Source: Brevundimonas sp. (GTDB lineage Bacteria > Pseudomonadota > Alphaproteobacteria > Caulobacterales > Caulobacteraceae). From it: a stretch of DNA of 64,000 nucleotides. The notes below the pieces were generated by a model that had not been told where the DNA came from, searched no databases, and saw nothing but the letters and a program-made list of their open reading frames with translations. The position numbers and the translations under genes are program-made. The stretch spans positions 29,560-93,559 of the forward strand of contig NZ_JAEMRD010000001.1 of assembly GCF_016463485.1 (NCBI RefSeq). The letters run 5' to 3'. Each line of letters starts with the position of its first letter. Within the stretch, counting starts at the first letter, position 1. Shown here one piece after another: positions 40,448 to 50,114 of the stretch.

Positions 40448-42543
40448 GCGGCCTGCTCCTGTGTGTCGTCGTGTCCGCTGTCCAAAAGCACCAGGGCATC
40501 CACGGCGATCGCGCCAAGACCCTCCGGCATGACCAGAAGCGGATTGATTTCCACTTCGCGAAGTCGCTCGCCGCCAGCCATGACGGCGTTGCACAGGGCG
40601 GCGATCGCCTTGCCCGCCGCCGCGACGTCTCCCTTGGGCGCGCCGCGATAGCCGTCCAGCAGCTTGAAGCCCTTGAGGCCGCGAAGCATGGCTTCGGCCC
40701 CCGCGGCATCGACGGGCAACAGCCGGTGCTGAACGTCCTTCATGAGTTCGGTCCAGACGCCACCCAGGCCGACCGTCAACATCCAGCCGAAGACGGGATC
40801 GCGGGTGACGCCTGCCAGGATTTCGACGCCCCCTTGCAGCATGGGCTCCAAGGTCACGCCCTCGATCCGTACGCCGGGCATGGATCTGGCCTTGTCCATC
40901 ATAGCCTCGAAAGCCTCGACGACACTGTCTGCGTCCCTGAGGCTCAGCCGGATCAGGCCATGCTCGGTCTTGTGCGCCACATCCGGGCTAACCAGCTTGG
41001 CGACGAGCGGGTAGCCGATCCTATGGGCGGCCTCACGGGCCTCAGCGGCGTCATGAACCACGGCGTCGTGGACCACCGGAACGCCGAAGGCCGCGAGCGC
41101 ATGCTTGGCCTCGGTTTCCGAAAGGGCGGACTCTCCAACCGGGAAGGCGGGCCAGGTCGCGCTGGCGCTCGCCGGGGTGACAACCGCGTTGCCCTGAGCC
41201 TTCCATCTGCCGTAGGTCGCGACAGCGCGAGCTGCGCGGTCGAAGTCGTCGAAATAGGCGATGCCGGCGGCGGCAAGCTTGGTGCGGTCGGCGAGAGCGA
41301 AGGTGTCGATGGCGACGATCAGCTTGTTGGACGCAGCGGCGGCGCGTTCGACCTGATCAAGGGCGCGCTCCAGAAAGACGCCTGGGAGATACAGCAGCAG
41401 GACGTCGATGTCGTCGGGCCGAAGCGCCAGACCGATGGCTTCGAACAGAAAGTCATTGGCGTTGACCAGATTGCCGGTCAGGTCGACAGGATTGGACACC
41501 ATGCCGAAGGCCGGGATCTCCGCGCGCAAGGCGGCCTGGATGTCGTCCGGCAGCGTCGGGACGTCGCCGCCGTTGAGCGCCAGGGCGTCGGACAGGATGG
41601 CCCCCGCAGCGCCGGAGACGCTCAGGATGGCGCAGGCGTTGCCGCCAATCTTGGTTCCGAACTGATTCAGGTAGGCGAGGTCGGACAGGCCCACCAGTTC
41701 GCCCGCCCGTGCAACCCCGGCCGCTGTGAAGGCGGCGTCATAGGCGGCTGTGTCACCGGCCAGAGCCGCAGTGTGCGAGCGGGCGGCCTCGGCGCCCTTT
41801 TCGCTGGAGCCGACCTTGAAGACGGCCAGCAATTTGCCCTTGGCCCGGAAGGCGGCTGCGGCCTTCAGGAAGGCAGGACCGTTCCGCAGTTCCTCGATGT
41901 AGCAGAGGGCGCAGGTCGTATCAGGGTCCTCGGCCAGGAAACCCAAGTAGTCGGCGAAATCGACGTCCGCTTCGTTGCCGGTGTTGATGACGTGGCTGAA
42001 GGCCACCCCGGCGCGGCGCGCGATGCGGTAGACGGTGGCGGCCATATTGCCGCTCTGGGTCAGCAGCGCCGTGGAACCGGCAGGGTCGCCGGGCTGGAAG
42101 CTGGTGCCGAAGGTGGTGAAGATGCCATCGACGAAGTTAGCGTTGCCCATGCAGTTGGGGCCGGCGACGCGCATGCCGGTGCGGGCGGTGAACGCTTCTA
42201 GTTGGGCCTGGCGGGCCAAGCCTTCCGCTTCATTGGTCTCGGCATAACCCGCGGCGAAGACGATGGCTGACTTTACGCCGACGGCATGGCAGCGATCGAG
42301 ATAGGGCACGACATCGTCAGCGCCGAGGGCGAGGAGGGCGAGGTCCACCACTTCCGGCACGGACTCGATGTCCGCATAGGCCGTGCGGCCCTGAACGGTC
42401 GGGCTCTTGGGATTGACGGGATAAAGTTTCTCGAACCCGGCGCGCGCCAGTAGCTCCATGGGAATGCCGCCGACACGCTTCGGATTGTCGGACGCGCCAA
42501 TAATGGCGATCGATCGGGGCTTCAGCAGGGCGGCGAGGCTCAT
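40444..42543 (-). CDS. ADP-forming acyl-CoA synthetase (CoA-binding + succinyl-CoA-ligase-like + ATP-grasp domains)
   Basis: 699 aa. N-terminal PRSIAIIGASDNPKRVGG CoA-binding motif and a C-terminal ATP-grasp-like region (YPLVAKLVSPDVAHKTEHGL). Confidence 0.85.
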   Translation of the reverse strand: MSLAALLKPRSIAIIGASDNPKRVGGIPMELLARAGFEKLYPVNPKSPTVQGRTAYADIESVPEVVDLALLALGADDVVPYLDRCHAVGVKSAIVFAAGYAETNEAEGLARQAQLEAFTARTGMRVAGPNCMGNANFVDGIFTTFGTSFQPGDPAGSTALLTQSGNMAATVYRIARRAGVAFSHVINTGNEADVDFADYLGFLAEDPDTTCALCYIEELRNGPAFLKAAAAFRAKGKLLAVFKVGSSEKGAEAARSHTAALAGDTAAYDAAFTAAGVARAGELVGLSDLAYLNQFGTKIGGNACAILSVSGAAGAILSDALALNGGDVPTLPDDIQAALRAEIPAFGMVSNPVDLTGNLVNANDFLFEAIGLALRPDDIDVLLLYLPGVFLERALDQVERAAAASNKLIVAIDTFALADRTKLAAAGIAYFDDFDRAARAVATYGRWKAQGNAVVTPASASATWPAFPVGESALSETEAKHALAAFGVPVVHDAVVHDAAEAREAAHRIGYPLVAKLVSPDVAHKTEHGLIRLSLRDADSVVEAFEAMMDKARSMPGVRIEGVTLEPMLQGGVEILAGVTRDPVFGWMLTVGLGGVWTELMKDVQHRLLPVDAAGAEAMLRGLKGFKLLDGYRGAPKGDVAAAGKAIAALCNAVMAGGERLREVEINPLLVMPEGLGAIAVDALVLLDSGHDDTQEQAA

Positions 42544-44525
42544 GCCGCCTTCTCCGAGCCTGTCGCCCCACCCCGAAACTCATACTCTGTCGGATCGAAC
42601 ACTTCGGTCATGTTGCGATAGTCGACCAGCCGCCAGGGCGAGTTCTGCGTCACCCGGCCCGCCGCGTTCTTGTACCAGCTGGTCACACCGGGGTGCGACC
42701 AGACCATGCCCCGGTGCGCCACATCGACCCTCTCCTGGTAGTCCCAGAAGGGCTTTTCCTTGACCTCGACCGAAGTCGCGCCGGTTTCGACCAGTTCACG
42801 GATGGCCTGCATGATGTAGCGGATCTGGCATTCCGAATGGAACACCGCGCTGCCGCCGTGGGCCAGGTTGGTATTGGGGCCATAGATCAGGAACAGGTTG
42901 GGGAAGCCGGGCATGGTCATGCCCAGATGCGCGCGAGGATCGTCCTCGCCCCAACTTGCACGGATGGTGACGCCGTCACGGCCTTGGATATGCATGGGGC
43001 TAAGCATCCGCCGGGCCTGAAACCCGGTGGCGAACACAAGCACATCGACCGGATGGCGTACGCCGTCCTTGGTGACGACGGCGTCCTTCTCGATATGGTC
43101 GATATGGTCGGTGACCAGATCGACGTTGGTCCGCGTCAGCATCCGGTACCAGTGATTGTCGCGCAGCATCCGCTTTCCGTAAGGCGGATAGTCGGGCGTC
43201 GATTTCCGGATCAGCTCCGGATCATGATTCAGTTCGCTGGCGATGTGCGCTTCCAACTGTTCGCGGATCTTGGCGTTGGCGGCGTTGAGCGACCGCTTCT
43301 GGTCCGGCCAGTTCGGATCGATCTGGAGCATCGGATGGAAGCCGTCCGACGACGACCAGAACAGCTGAAACCGGAACCATTTGGCATAGAAGGGGATGTT
43401 CTTGAGCACCCACTTCTTGTCGTCCGAGACGGTCTCGAAATAGAGTGGATTGGCCATGGCCCAGTGGGGCGACCGCTGGAAGATGGTCAGATTGTCGACG
43501 ATCGGTGCGATGGCCGGACCGACCTGCATCCCGCTGGCACCGGTGCCGATCAGACCCACGCGGCGGCCGGCGATGTCGGCTTCGTGGTTCCAGCGTGCGG
43601 TGTGGAAGGCCGGCCCCTCGAAATCGTCCATTCCGGGAATGGTCGGCATCTGCGGCCGGTTCAGCTGGCCGACCGCGCTCACGACGACGTTGGCCGTCGC
43701 GCTGGAAGACTTGCCGTCATTGCCGCGAATCTCGACCCGCCACAGCTGGGCCGCGTCGTCCCACTCTGCGCTGGTGACTTCTTCGTTGTAGCGGATCTGA
43801 TCGCCGAGTGCGTTCGCATCCGAGTTGCGCTGAATATAGTGGAATATCTCGTCGCGTTTGGCGAAGAAATGATCCCAGTCGTGGTTATTATTGAAGCTGT
43901 ACGAATAGAAGTGATTGGCCGTATCGACGCCGCAGCCCGGGTACGAATTCTCGTACCATGTGCCCCCGACGGTCTCGTTCTTTTCAATGATGGTAAAGGC
44001 GATCCCGGCTTCCTTGAGCTTGATCCCCATGGCGACGCCCGAGAAGCCCGCGCCGATGACCAGGACGTTGAAATGGTCGAGCGTCTCGCGAGCCACTGGT
44101 TCGCGCCATTTGACGGTCTTGGGATCGTCGCCTGCTAGGTCCATCTCTTCGAGGACCATAGGATAGTATTCGGCCGGGACTTTCTGGCCCGTGCAGACAT
44201 CCAGCATCCGGGGCAGGAGGTGCATCGGCGGCGTGATCGGCAACTGCCGGCCGGTGGATGCATAGTCAGCCAGTAAATCGGCCACGGCCTGGCGGAGTTC
44301 CGCCTTCAGCGCATCTGGCGTGTGTTCGTGAAAGCTCCAGGGCCCCTGGATGTGGGGCGCGATCCGGTCCAGCCAGGCCGGGTCGCCGCCAAGGTGGATC
44401 AGCACCATCAGCAGGGGGGCCACGTCGGCAGCCTTCAGCGCTTCGTCCAGATGGACGCGATCTCCGACGAGGGCCTTTAGGGCTTGCGTGTCGTTTGGAG
44501 CCGTCATCGTTCGCCGCCAGTCCAT
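42540..44525 (-). CDS. Baeyer-Villiger monooxygenase with N-terminal extension (HAPMO-like)
   Basis: 661 aa (or 655 from M7 at 44507). IGAGFSGV, GGTWYENSYPGCGVD, fingerprint FEGPAFHTARW, second Rossmann motif GTGASG. Confidence 0.9.
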   Translation of the reverse strand: MDWRRTMTAPNDTQALKALVGDRVHLDEALKAADVAPLLMVLIHLGGDPAWLDRIAPHIQGPWSFHEHTPDALKAELRQAVADLLADYASTGRQLPITPPMHLLPRMLDVCTGQKVPAEYYPMVLEEMDLAGDDPKTVKWREPVARETLDHFNVLVIGAGFSGVAMGIKLKEAGIAFTIIEKNETVGGTWYENSYPGCGVDTANHFYSYSFNNNHDWDHFFAKRDEIFHYIQRNSDANALGDQIRYNEEVTSAEWDDAAQLWRVEIRGNDGKSSSATANVVVSAVGQLNRPQMPTIPGMDDFEGPAFHTARWNHEADIAGRRVGLIGTGASGMQVGPAIAPIVDNLTIFQRSPHWAMANPLYFETVSDDKKWVLKNIPFYAKWFRFQLFWSSSDGFHPMLQIDPNWPDQKRSLNAANAKIREQLEAHIASELNHDPELIRKSTPDYPPYGKRMLRDNHWYRMLTRTNVDLVTDHIDHIEKDAVVTKDGVRHPVDVLVFATGFQARRMLSPMHIQGRDGVTIRASWGEDDPRAHLGMTMPGFPNLFLIYGPNTNLAHGGSAVFHSECQIRYIMQAIRELVETGATSVEVKEKPFWDYQERVDVAHRGMVWSHPGVTSWYKNAAGRVTQNSPWRLVDYRNMTEVFDPTEYEFRGGATGSEKAA

Positions 44526-44604
44526 CGCTGTTCACGCCTGAATCCCCCCGGCGATCGCCGCCGCCAGGATCGGGCAGAGGGATAGCGCCCGCCTGTTTCA
44601 ATGC

Positions 44605-44621
44605 AATGCGACCGGCGCATT
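44605..44621. promoter_or_regulatory. Inverted repeat AATGCG-accgg-CGCATT in the divergent region between the two large operons
   Basis: 6-5-6 inverted repeat read directly in the 235-nt intergenic region 44526-44760. Candidate operator only. Confidence 0.2.
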
Positions 44622-44760
44622 TATCGCCCCCGCGTCGCCTCTACGATGCGCGGCATCGCCGTGGCGTTTTGTGCTGCCTGACCCTTTCTGCGCACCACGG
44701 CGTGGGCGACAACCCCCTCGTTCTGACCGCGCGGGTGGTCGGGTGCGTGAGGAACCGACC

Positions 44761-45939
44761 ATGATCCTGACCGACGACCAGCGCGCCCTGCGCGACATGG
44801 CCGAAGCCTTCGCCCGCAAGGAAGTCATGCCGATCGCCAACCAGATCGACATGGAGGAGAAGACTCCCGACTCGTTGATCGCCAAGGCGGCAGAGTTCGG
44901 GCTGTACGGGCTCTACACCCCCGTGGAGTATGGCGGGTCCGGAGCGGACATGGTCTCGGTCTGCCTTGTCTGCGAGGAGATCGCCAAGGCCAGCCCAGCG
45001 TTTGCGGGCGCCCTGACGGTCGAGATGATCCTGTGTCCGGCTGCTGTGGCGATCCTGGGCACCGAAGAGCAGAAGCAGCGCATCCTGCCACGCTCCGCCT
45101 CGGGGGAGCGGCTCATGGCCTATTCGCAGAGCGAGCCTGCGGGTGCCGGCAATGTCATGGAGCACCTGACGCGGGCCATCCCCGACGGCAACGGCTTCCG
45201 CCTCGACGGTTCCAAGCTCTACTGCACACAAGGGCCCGCGCAGACCTATCTGGTTATGTGCCGCACACGCGACAACGACGGCAAGGAAGGCTTCGGCTGC
45301 GTCATCGTCGAGCGCGAGGCCGAGGGGCTTCACATTGCGCCCTATGAGCACAAGCTGGGCTGGCGGGGAACGAACACGGGGCCGATCGCCTTCGACAACG
45401 TCCGGATCGAGCCGGAGAATGTGCTGGGCGATCTTCTGACAGGCGGATTCAGCCACCGCGCCGCCAACCACGCCAATCTCCTGGGGCACGTTGCGACCTC
45501 GATCGGATGCGCAGAAGGGCTGTTCGACCTGACGCTGGAGTACGTCAAGGACCGCCGGCTTTACGGGCGCAACATGTCCGAGCTTCAGCCAATCAGTTAC
45601 TGGATGGCCGAGGCCTGGGCCAAGATCCAGGCCTGTCGAGCGCTGCTCTACGACACGGCCGCCGCCTTTGACCGCGGCGAGATGCAGCCTGCGACCTCCA
45701 ACGCCTGCAAGGCGTTCATCGGCGACGCCTGCTTCGAGATCTGCTGCAAGCTGCTTCAGATGTGGGGCGGCAGTGGGATCATGGATTCCACCGGGGTCAA
45801 CCGCTACATGCGCGACGCCAAGGCCAAGACGATCGCTGAGGGTGCCTCGGAGATGCACTACGCCATCATCGCCAACCAGTTGTTCCACAACTCGCCCGCA
45901 CTGGTGCCGCCGCAGACCTTCGTAAAGGGCGCGGCATGA
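44761..45939 (+). CDS. Acyl-CoA dehydrogenase (canonical single-gene type)
   Basis: Trimmed to the ATG at 44761, after GAGGAA. 392 aa. YSQSEPAGAGN and C-terminal IAEGASEMH, which retains the catalytic-base Glu context. Confidence 0.9.
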   Translation: MILTDDQRALRDMAEAFARKEVMPIANQIDMEEKTPDSLIAKAAEFGLYGLYTPVEYGGSGADMVSVCLVCEEIAKASPAFAGALTVEMILCPAAVAILGTEEQKQRILPRSASGERLMAYSQSEPAGAGNVMEHLTRAIPDGNGFRLDGSKLYCTQGPAQTYLVMCRTRDNDGKEGFGCVIVEREAEGLHIAPYEHKLGWRGTNTGPIAFDNVRIEPENVLGDLLTGGFSHRAANHANLLGHVATSIGCAEGLFDLTLEYVKDRRLYGRNMSELQPISYWMAEAWAKIQACRALLYDTAAAFDRGEMQPATSNACKAFIGDACFEICCKLLQMWGGSGIMDSTGVNRYMRDAKAKTIAEGASEMHYAIIANQLFHNSPALVPPQTFVKGAA

Positions 45940-47528
45940 CCGGTTTGGCGACGCCGAGTACCACCTCCGCGTCCGTGCCCGACGCCGTCCTTCGCCAGCC
46001 CATCCACGGCGCCGACCTGCTCGCCCACGCCTTGAGCCGCGATCTTGATCGGCCCGTCGTCATCCTCGACGACGGACGCACAGTCACTGCGGGCCAGATG
46101 GCCGCGTCGGTCAGCCGTTACGCCCAGACTTATGGCGCACTGTCGCCGCGTCCCCTGCGCGCGGCCTTGCTGTCGAAGAACCGACCGGAAGTGCCCGCGG
46201 CATCCGTCGGCCTGACCTTCGCCGGGATTGTGGCAACGTCCCTGCACCCGATGGGGTCGGTCGAAGACTATCTGTATGTCATCGAAGACGCGGAGATCGA
46301 CCTTCTGATCTACGATGCCGATCATTTCGAGGCGCAGGTCGCCGAGATCGAGCGGCGCGCCCCTCGTATCAAGCACTTTCTGGCCTTGGGCGGGCAGGGC
46401 GCGCGGTCCCTGGACATGGCCGCTGCCGCCTACGAGGCCCGGCCATTGGCGTCTCCCGTCGTCGATCCGGACGCCTTGGCGCGGATCGCCTATTCCGGAG
46501 GGACCACCGGCAAACCCAAGGGCATCATGGTGACCCATCGGGGCATCCTGACGGCGTCCCTCATCCAGCTCACCGAATGGGAATGGCCGGAGGAAATCCG
46601 CTACCTGATCTGCGCGCCGCTGAGCCATGCGGGGGCCGCGTCGCTGACACCGATCCTGGTCAAGGGCGGGGCCATGGTGGTCCTGCCCGGTTTCGACCCC
46701 GTCGGGTTCATGGCGGCGGTCGAGAAATACCGGATCACCGCGACCCTGATGGTGCCCACCATGGTGCTTGCGCTGATCGACCATCCGCGTTTCGGCGAGT
46801 TCGACCTTTCCAGTCTCGAGGTGGTCTTCTACGGCGCATCGGCGTTCCCGGCCTCGCGGCTGAAAGATGCGATCGCCAAGCTTGGCCCGATCTTCTTCCA
46901 GTTCTATGGCCAGGCCGAAGCGCCGCTGTCGGTCACCGTCATGCGGCGCAAGGAGCATCTGACCGATGATCCTTTGCGGCTCGCGAGTTGCGGCCGGCCC
47001 ACGCCCTGGGTCCACGTCGCGCTGCTGGACGATGATTGCCGTGAGGTCGAAGACGGCCAACCTGGCGAAATCTGCGTGCGCGGGCCGCTGCTCATGGCGG
47101 GTTATCTCGGGATGCCCGAGGAAACGGAGAAGGTCTTCGAGGGCGGCTGGCTGCATACGGGCGACGTGGCCATCAAGGGGCCGGACGGCTTCCTGCGCAT
47201 CGTCGATCGCAAGAAGGACATGATCGTCACCGGCGGCTTCAACGTTTTCGCGCGCGAGGTCGAGGATGTGCTGGCGACCCACCCGGGCGTCAGACAGGCC
47301 GCGGTCATCGGCGTTCCGGATCCGAAATGGGGCGAGGCGGTGATGGCGATCGTCGTTGCCGTGCCAGGCTCCGAGCCGCGTCCTGACGACCTGATCGCCC
47401 TGGTCCGTTCGCAGAAGGGGGCCGTTCAGGCTCCGAAGTCAGTGGTTTTTGTGGAGGCCATTCCGCTGTCCGCTGTCGGCAAACCGGACAAGAAGGCCCT
47501 GCGACTGAAATACGGGACGCCCGTCTGA
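45936..47528 (+). CDS. AMP-dependent acyl-CoA synthetase/ligase
   Basis: 530 aa. YSGGTTGKPKGIM and GWLHTGDV...DRKKDMI. ATGA overlap with the ACAD gene. Confidence 0.9.
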   Translation: MTGLATPSTTSASVPDAVLRQPIHGADLLAHALSRDLDRPVVILDDGRTVTAGQMAASVSRYAQTYGALSPRPLRAALLSKNRPEVPAASVGLTFAGIVATSLHPMGSVEDYLYVIEDAEIDLLIYDADHFEAQVAEIERRAPRIKHFLALGGQGARSLDMAAAAYEARPLASPVVDPDALARIAYSGGTTGKPKGIMVTHRGILTASLIQLTEWEWPEEIRYLICAPLSHAGAASLTPILVKGGAMVVLPGFDPVGFMAAVEKYRITATLMVPTMVLALIDHPRFGEFDLSSLEVVFYGASAFPASRLKDAIAKLGPIFFQFYGQAEAPLSVTVMRRKEHLTDDPLRLASCGRPTPWVHVALLDDDCREVEDGQPGEICVRGPLLMAGYLGMPEETEKVFEGGWLHTGDVAIKGPDGFLRIVDRKKDMIVTGGFNVFAREVEDVLATHPGVRQAAVIGVPDPKWGEAVMAIVVAVPGSEPRPDDLIALVRSQKGAVQAPKSVVFVEAIPLSAVGKPDKKALRLKYGTPV

Positions 47529-47956
47529 TGGCCGTTGATGCGCTTGTCGCGAGACCGGCCCACGCCGCGATCCGCGTGGCCGAGACCGGCGAGCCCTCGA
47601 TCGAGGGCTTTCGCTGCGCGGACTGCGGCGCGGTCATGATCGACCAGCCGATGGCCTGTCGGGCCTGTACCTCCCGAACGCCGCCTCAGGCTTTCCGCGT
47701 CGGCGAGAGGGGTCGTATCGTCACTTGGTCGACGGTCTTGCGGAGTTTTCCAGGCGTGAAAACACCGTTCGTATCGGCGATCGTCGACCTGGATGACGGC
47801 TTGACGCTGAAGGGCACGGTCCGCGGCGTCGATCCGGAGTCCATGGGTGTCGGTCTGCCGGTTTCACTGGTGTTTGACGACGCCGGTGGCGCACGGACGC
47901 CCGACGGCGCGCCCTATGTCGGTTTTCATTTCGTCAAGGCAGGAGCAGCGGAATGA
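47528..47956 (+). CDS. DUF35 OB-fold / zinc-ribbon protein
   Basis: 142 aa. CADCGAVMIDQPMACRAC zinc ribbon followed by an OB-fold region. Overlaps both neighbouring genes. Confidence 0.8.
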   Translation: MAVDALVARPAHAAIRVAETGEPSIEGFRCADCGAVMIDQPMACRACTSRTPPQAFRVGERGRIVTWSTVLRSFPGVKTPFVSAIVDLDDGLTLKGTVRGVDPESMGVGLPVSLVFDDAGGARTPDGAPYVGFHFVKAGAAE

Positions 47957-49098
47957 GCGACGTCTATGTCGTCGGCGCGGACCTGATCCGGTTTGGTCGA
48001 TACCCCGATCGCACACCGGCACAACTGGGTGCCGAGGCTGCGCTGCTGGCGCTCGACGACGCCGGACTGACCGTTCGCGATCTCGACATCGTCTATGCCT
48101 CATCGACGTTCAACGCCGCCTCGATGATCGGCCAGCAGATCCTCAAACAGATCGGTCAGACGGGGATACCATGCGTCAACGTCTCGAACGCCTGTGCCTC
48201 GGGCGCGACCGCTTTTCGCGAGGCGTTCGTCGCCATCAAGAGCGGTCTATATGATGTCGCACTCGCGGTCGGGGCCGAGAAGAACCCCAAGGGATTGCTC
48301 GGCGGGCCGATCGGCGACGGCCCTTCGCCCGAGGGGTTGTTCGGATCGGGAACGACCCCGGCGATGTTCGCCGAGGCGGGGATGATCCACGCCGGCAAAT
48401 ACGGCACGACGATGGAACAGTTCGCCCAGGTCGCGGTCAAGAACCATCACCATTCGACCATGAATCCCAAGGCGATGTACCAGCGCGAAACGCCGCTGGA
48501 GGAAGTCCTGGCCAGCGAAATGATCGCCACGCCCCTGACCAAGCTGATGTGCTCGGCCAATGTCGACGGCGCCGCCGCCGCCATCCTAGTGTCCGAGAAG
48601 AAGGCCCGCGAGATGGGCCTTTCTCGGGCCGTGAAGGTGCGGGGTTCCGCGCTGGCGTCGGACCCCTATGAGCCGCGCAATCCGGTATTGCTGGATGCGG
48701 ATTCAGTCACCCGTCTTGCCGTCTCAAAGGCCTATGAGATGGCGGGGATCGGGCCGGGTGATCTTGACCTGATCGAGTTGCACGACTGTTTCGCGACCGC
48801 AGAAATTCTGCACTACGAGAACCTGGGTTTGTGCGGCGATGGGGAGGCTGGCGCCCTGATCGATAGTGGGGCCACGGCGCTGGGCGGGCGGATTCCGGTG
48901 AATGTGTCGGGCGGACTTCTGTCGAAGGGGCATCCGATCGGCGCGACCGGGATCGCCAATATCGTCGAGATTGTCATGCATCTTCGCGGGGAGGCGGGGG
49001 CTCGACAGGTGCAGGGCGCGCGCCTTGGCCTGGCCCATGTGCTGGGTTTCAGCAGCGTTGCCGGCGTCGCGGGCGTGCACATCCTCGAGAAGGTCTGA
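47953..49098 (+). CDS. SCP2-type thiolase-like protein retaining catalytic Cys and His
   Basis: 381 aa. VSNACASGATAF (nucleophile Cys) and GGLLSKGHPIGATG. Confidence 0.85.
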   Translation: MSDVYVVGADLIRFGRYPDRTPAQLGAEAALLALDDAGLTVRDLDIVYASSTFNAASMIGQQILKQIGQTGIPCVNVSNACASGATAFREAFVAIKSGLYDVALAVGAEKNPKGLLGGPIGDGPSPEGLFGSGTTPAMFAEAGMIHAGKYGTTMEQFAQVAVKNHHHSTMNPKAMYQRETPLEEVLASEMIATPLTKLMCSANVDGAAAAILVSEKKAREMGLSRAVKVRGSALASDPYEPRNPVLLDADSVTRLAVSKAYEMAGIGPGDLDLIELHDCFATAEILHYENLGLCGDGEAGALIDSGATALGGRIPVNVSGGLLSKGHPIGATGIANIVEIVMHLRGEAGARQVQGARLGLAHVLGFSSVAGVAGVHILEKV

Positions 49099-49099
49099 G

Positions 49100-50077
49100 A
49101 TGGCGGCCGAACGCGACATCAATGTGCTTTTGGCGGGGCTCCGCACGGGAGTGCCTCGCGGCGCCGAGATAACGGGCATCCGTCCGCTGACCGCAGGTCA
49201 TTCCAACGAGACCTACGTGCTTGAGGGGCTCGACGCGATTCTGCGGCTACCGCCCAGTACGCCGCCTGTCCTCCAAGGGCACGGGGTCATCACACAGGGC
49301 CGGGTCTATCAGGAGCTCGGCGCGCTTCCTGATGTCCTGCCGACTCCGCGCATCCTTCATATTGAAGAGGACCCAGGCCTTCTGGGCGATCCGTTCTTCA
49401 TCATGGAGAAGGTCCCTGGAGCTGCGGTGACCGACTATGTCCTGCCTGAATGGTTCACTGAAGCGACCCCCGATCAACGGAGGTCTGTGTCGCGCCAATG
49501 GGTGGCGGCGATCGGGTCGATCGCCACGCTTCAGCCTTTGGCATCATTCGGAACCCCTGCCACCCCGGAGGAAGATGCTCGCAAGTGGCGCAGTTGGGCT
49601 GCCAACGCCGACTGCCCAGCTCTGGTCGCACTTTATGATCGGCTTCTGTCCAGACCCGCGCCGCGATCGGGACCGGCGTCTCCGGTCCACGGAGACCCCA
49701 AGATTGCGAACCTTATGTGGTCCGACTTCAGGCTCTCGGCGGTTCTGGACTGGGAACTGGGCCACAACGGAGAGCCGCTGACTGACCTGGGCTATGTGCT
49801 CTACTTCTTCCGCCCTGAAATCTATTTCGGCGTCCCCTTGCCATCGCTGTCCGGGATCATCAGTCGTGACGAGGCGGTGAAGGCCTGGGAGGCCGCGTCG
49901 GGGCGATCGGCGCAAGGATTCGAGTGGTACGAGGCCGCGGCGATCGGAAAGATCGCTGCGATCGTCGCGCGCGGCTTCCAGATGATCGTGGCGGGCGAGT
50001 CGCACGATCCCAAGATGGCGCGCTGGAAAGAGATGTTGGACTCCAACATTGCCCTGATGGATGGCGTCCTCGGCTAA
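49100..50077 (+). CDS. Phosphotransferase-family (APH/ACAD10-like) kinase
   Basis: Trimmed to the ATG at 49100 (325 aa). HSNETYVL nucleotide-site region, catalytic loop HGDPKIANL (HxDxxxxN), LDWELG. Confidence 0.8.
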   Translation: MAAERDINVLLAGLRTGVPRGAEITGIRPLTAGHSNETYVLEGLDAILRLPPSTPPVLQGHGVITQGRVYQELGALPDVLPTPRILHIEEDPGLLGDPFFIMEKVPGAAVTDYVLPEWFTEATPDQRRSVSRQWVAAIGSIATLQPLASFGTPATPEEDARKWRSWAANADCPALVALYDRLLSRPAPRSGPASPVHGDPKIANLMWSDFRLSAVLDWELGHNGEPLTDLGYVLYFFRPEIYFGVPLPSLSGIISRDEAVKAWEAASGRSAQGFEWYEAAAIGKIAAIVARGFQMIVAGESHDPKMARWKEMLDSNIALMDGVLG

Positions 50078-50114
50078 CTTTCGGATACGCAGATTTCAAA
50101 TAAAGGCGGCTAAC

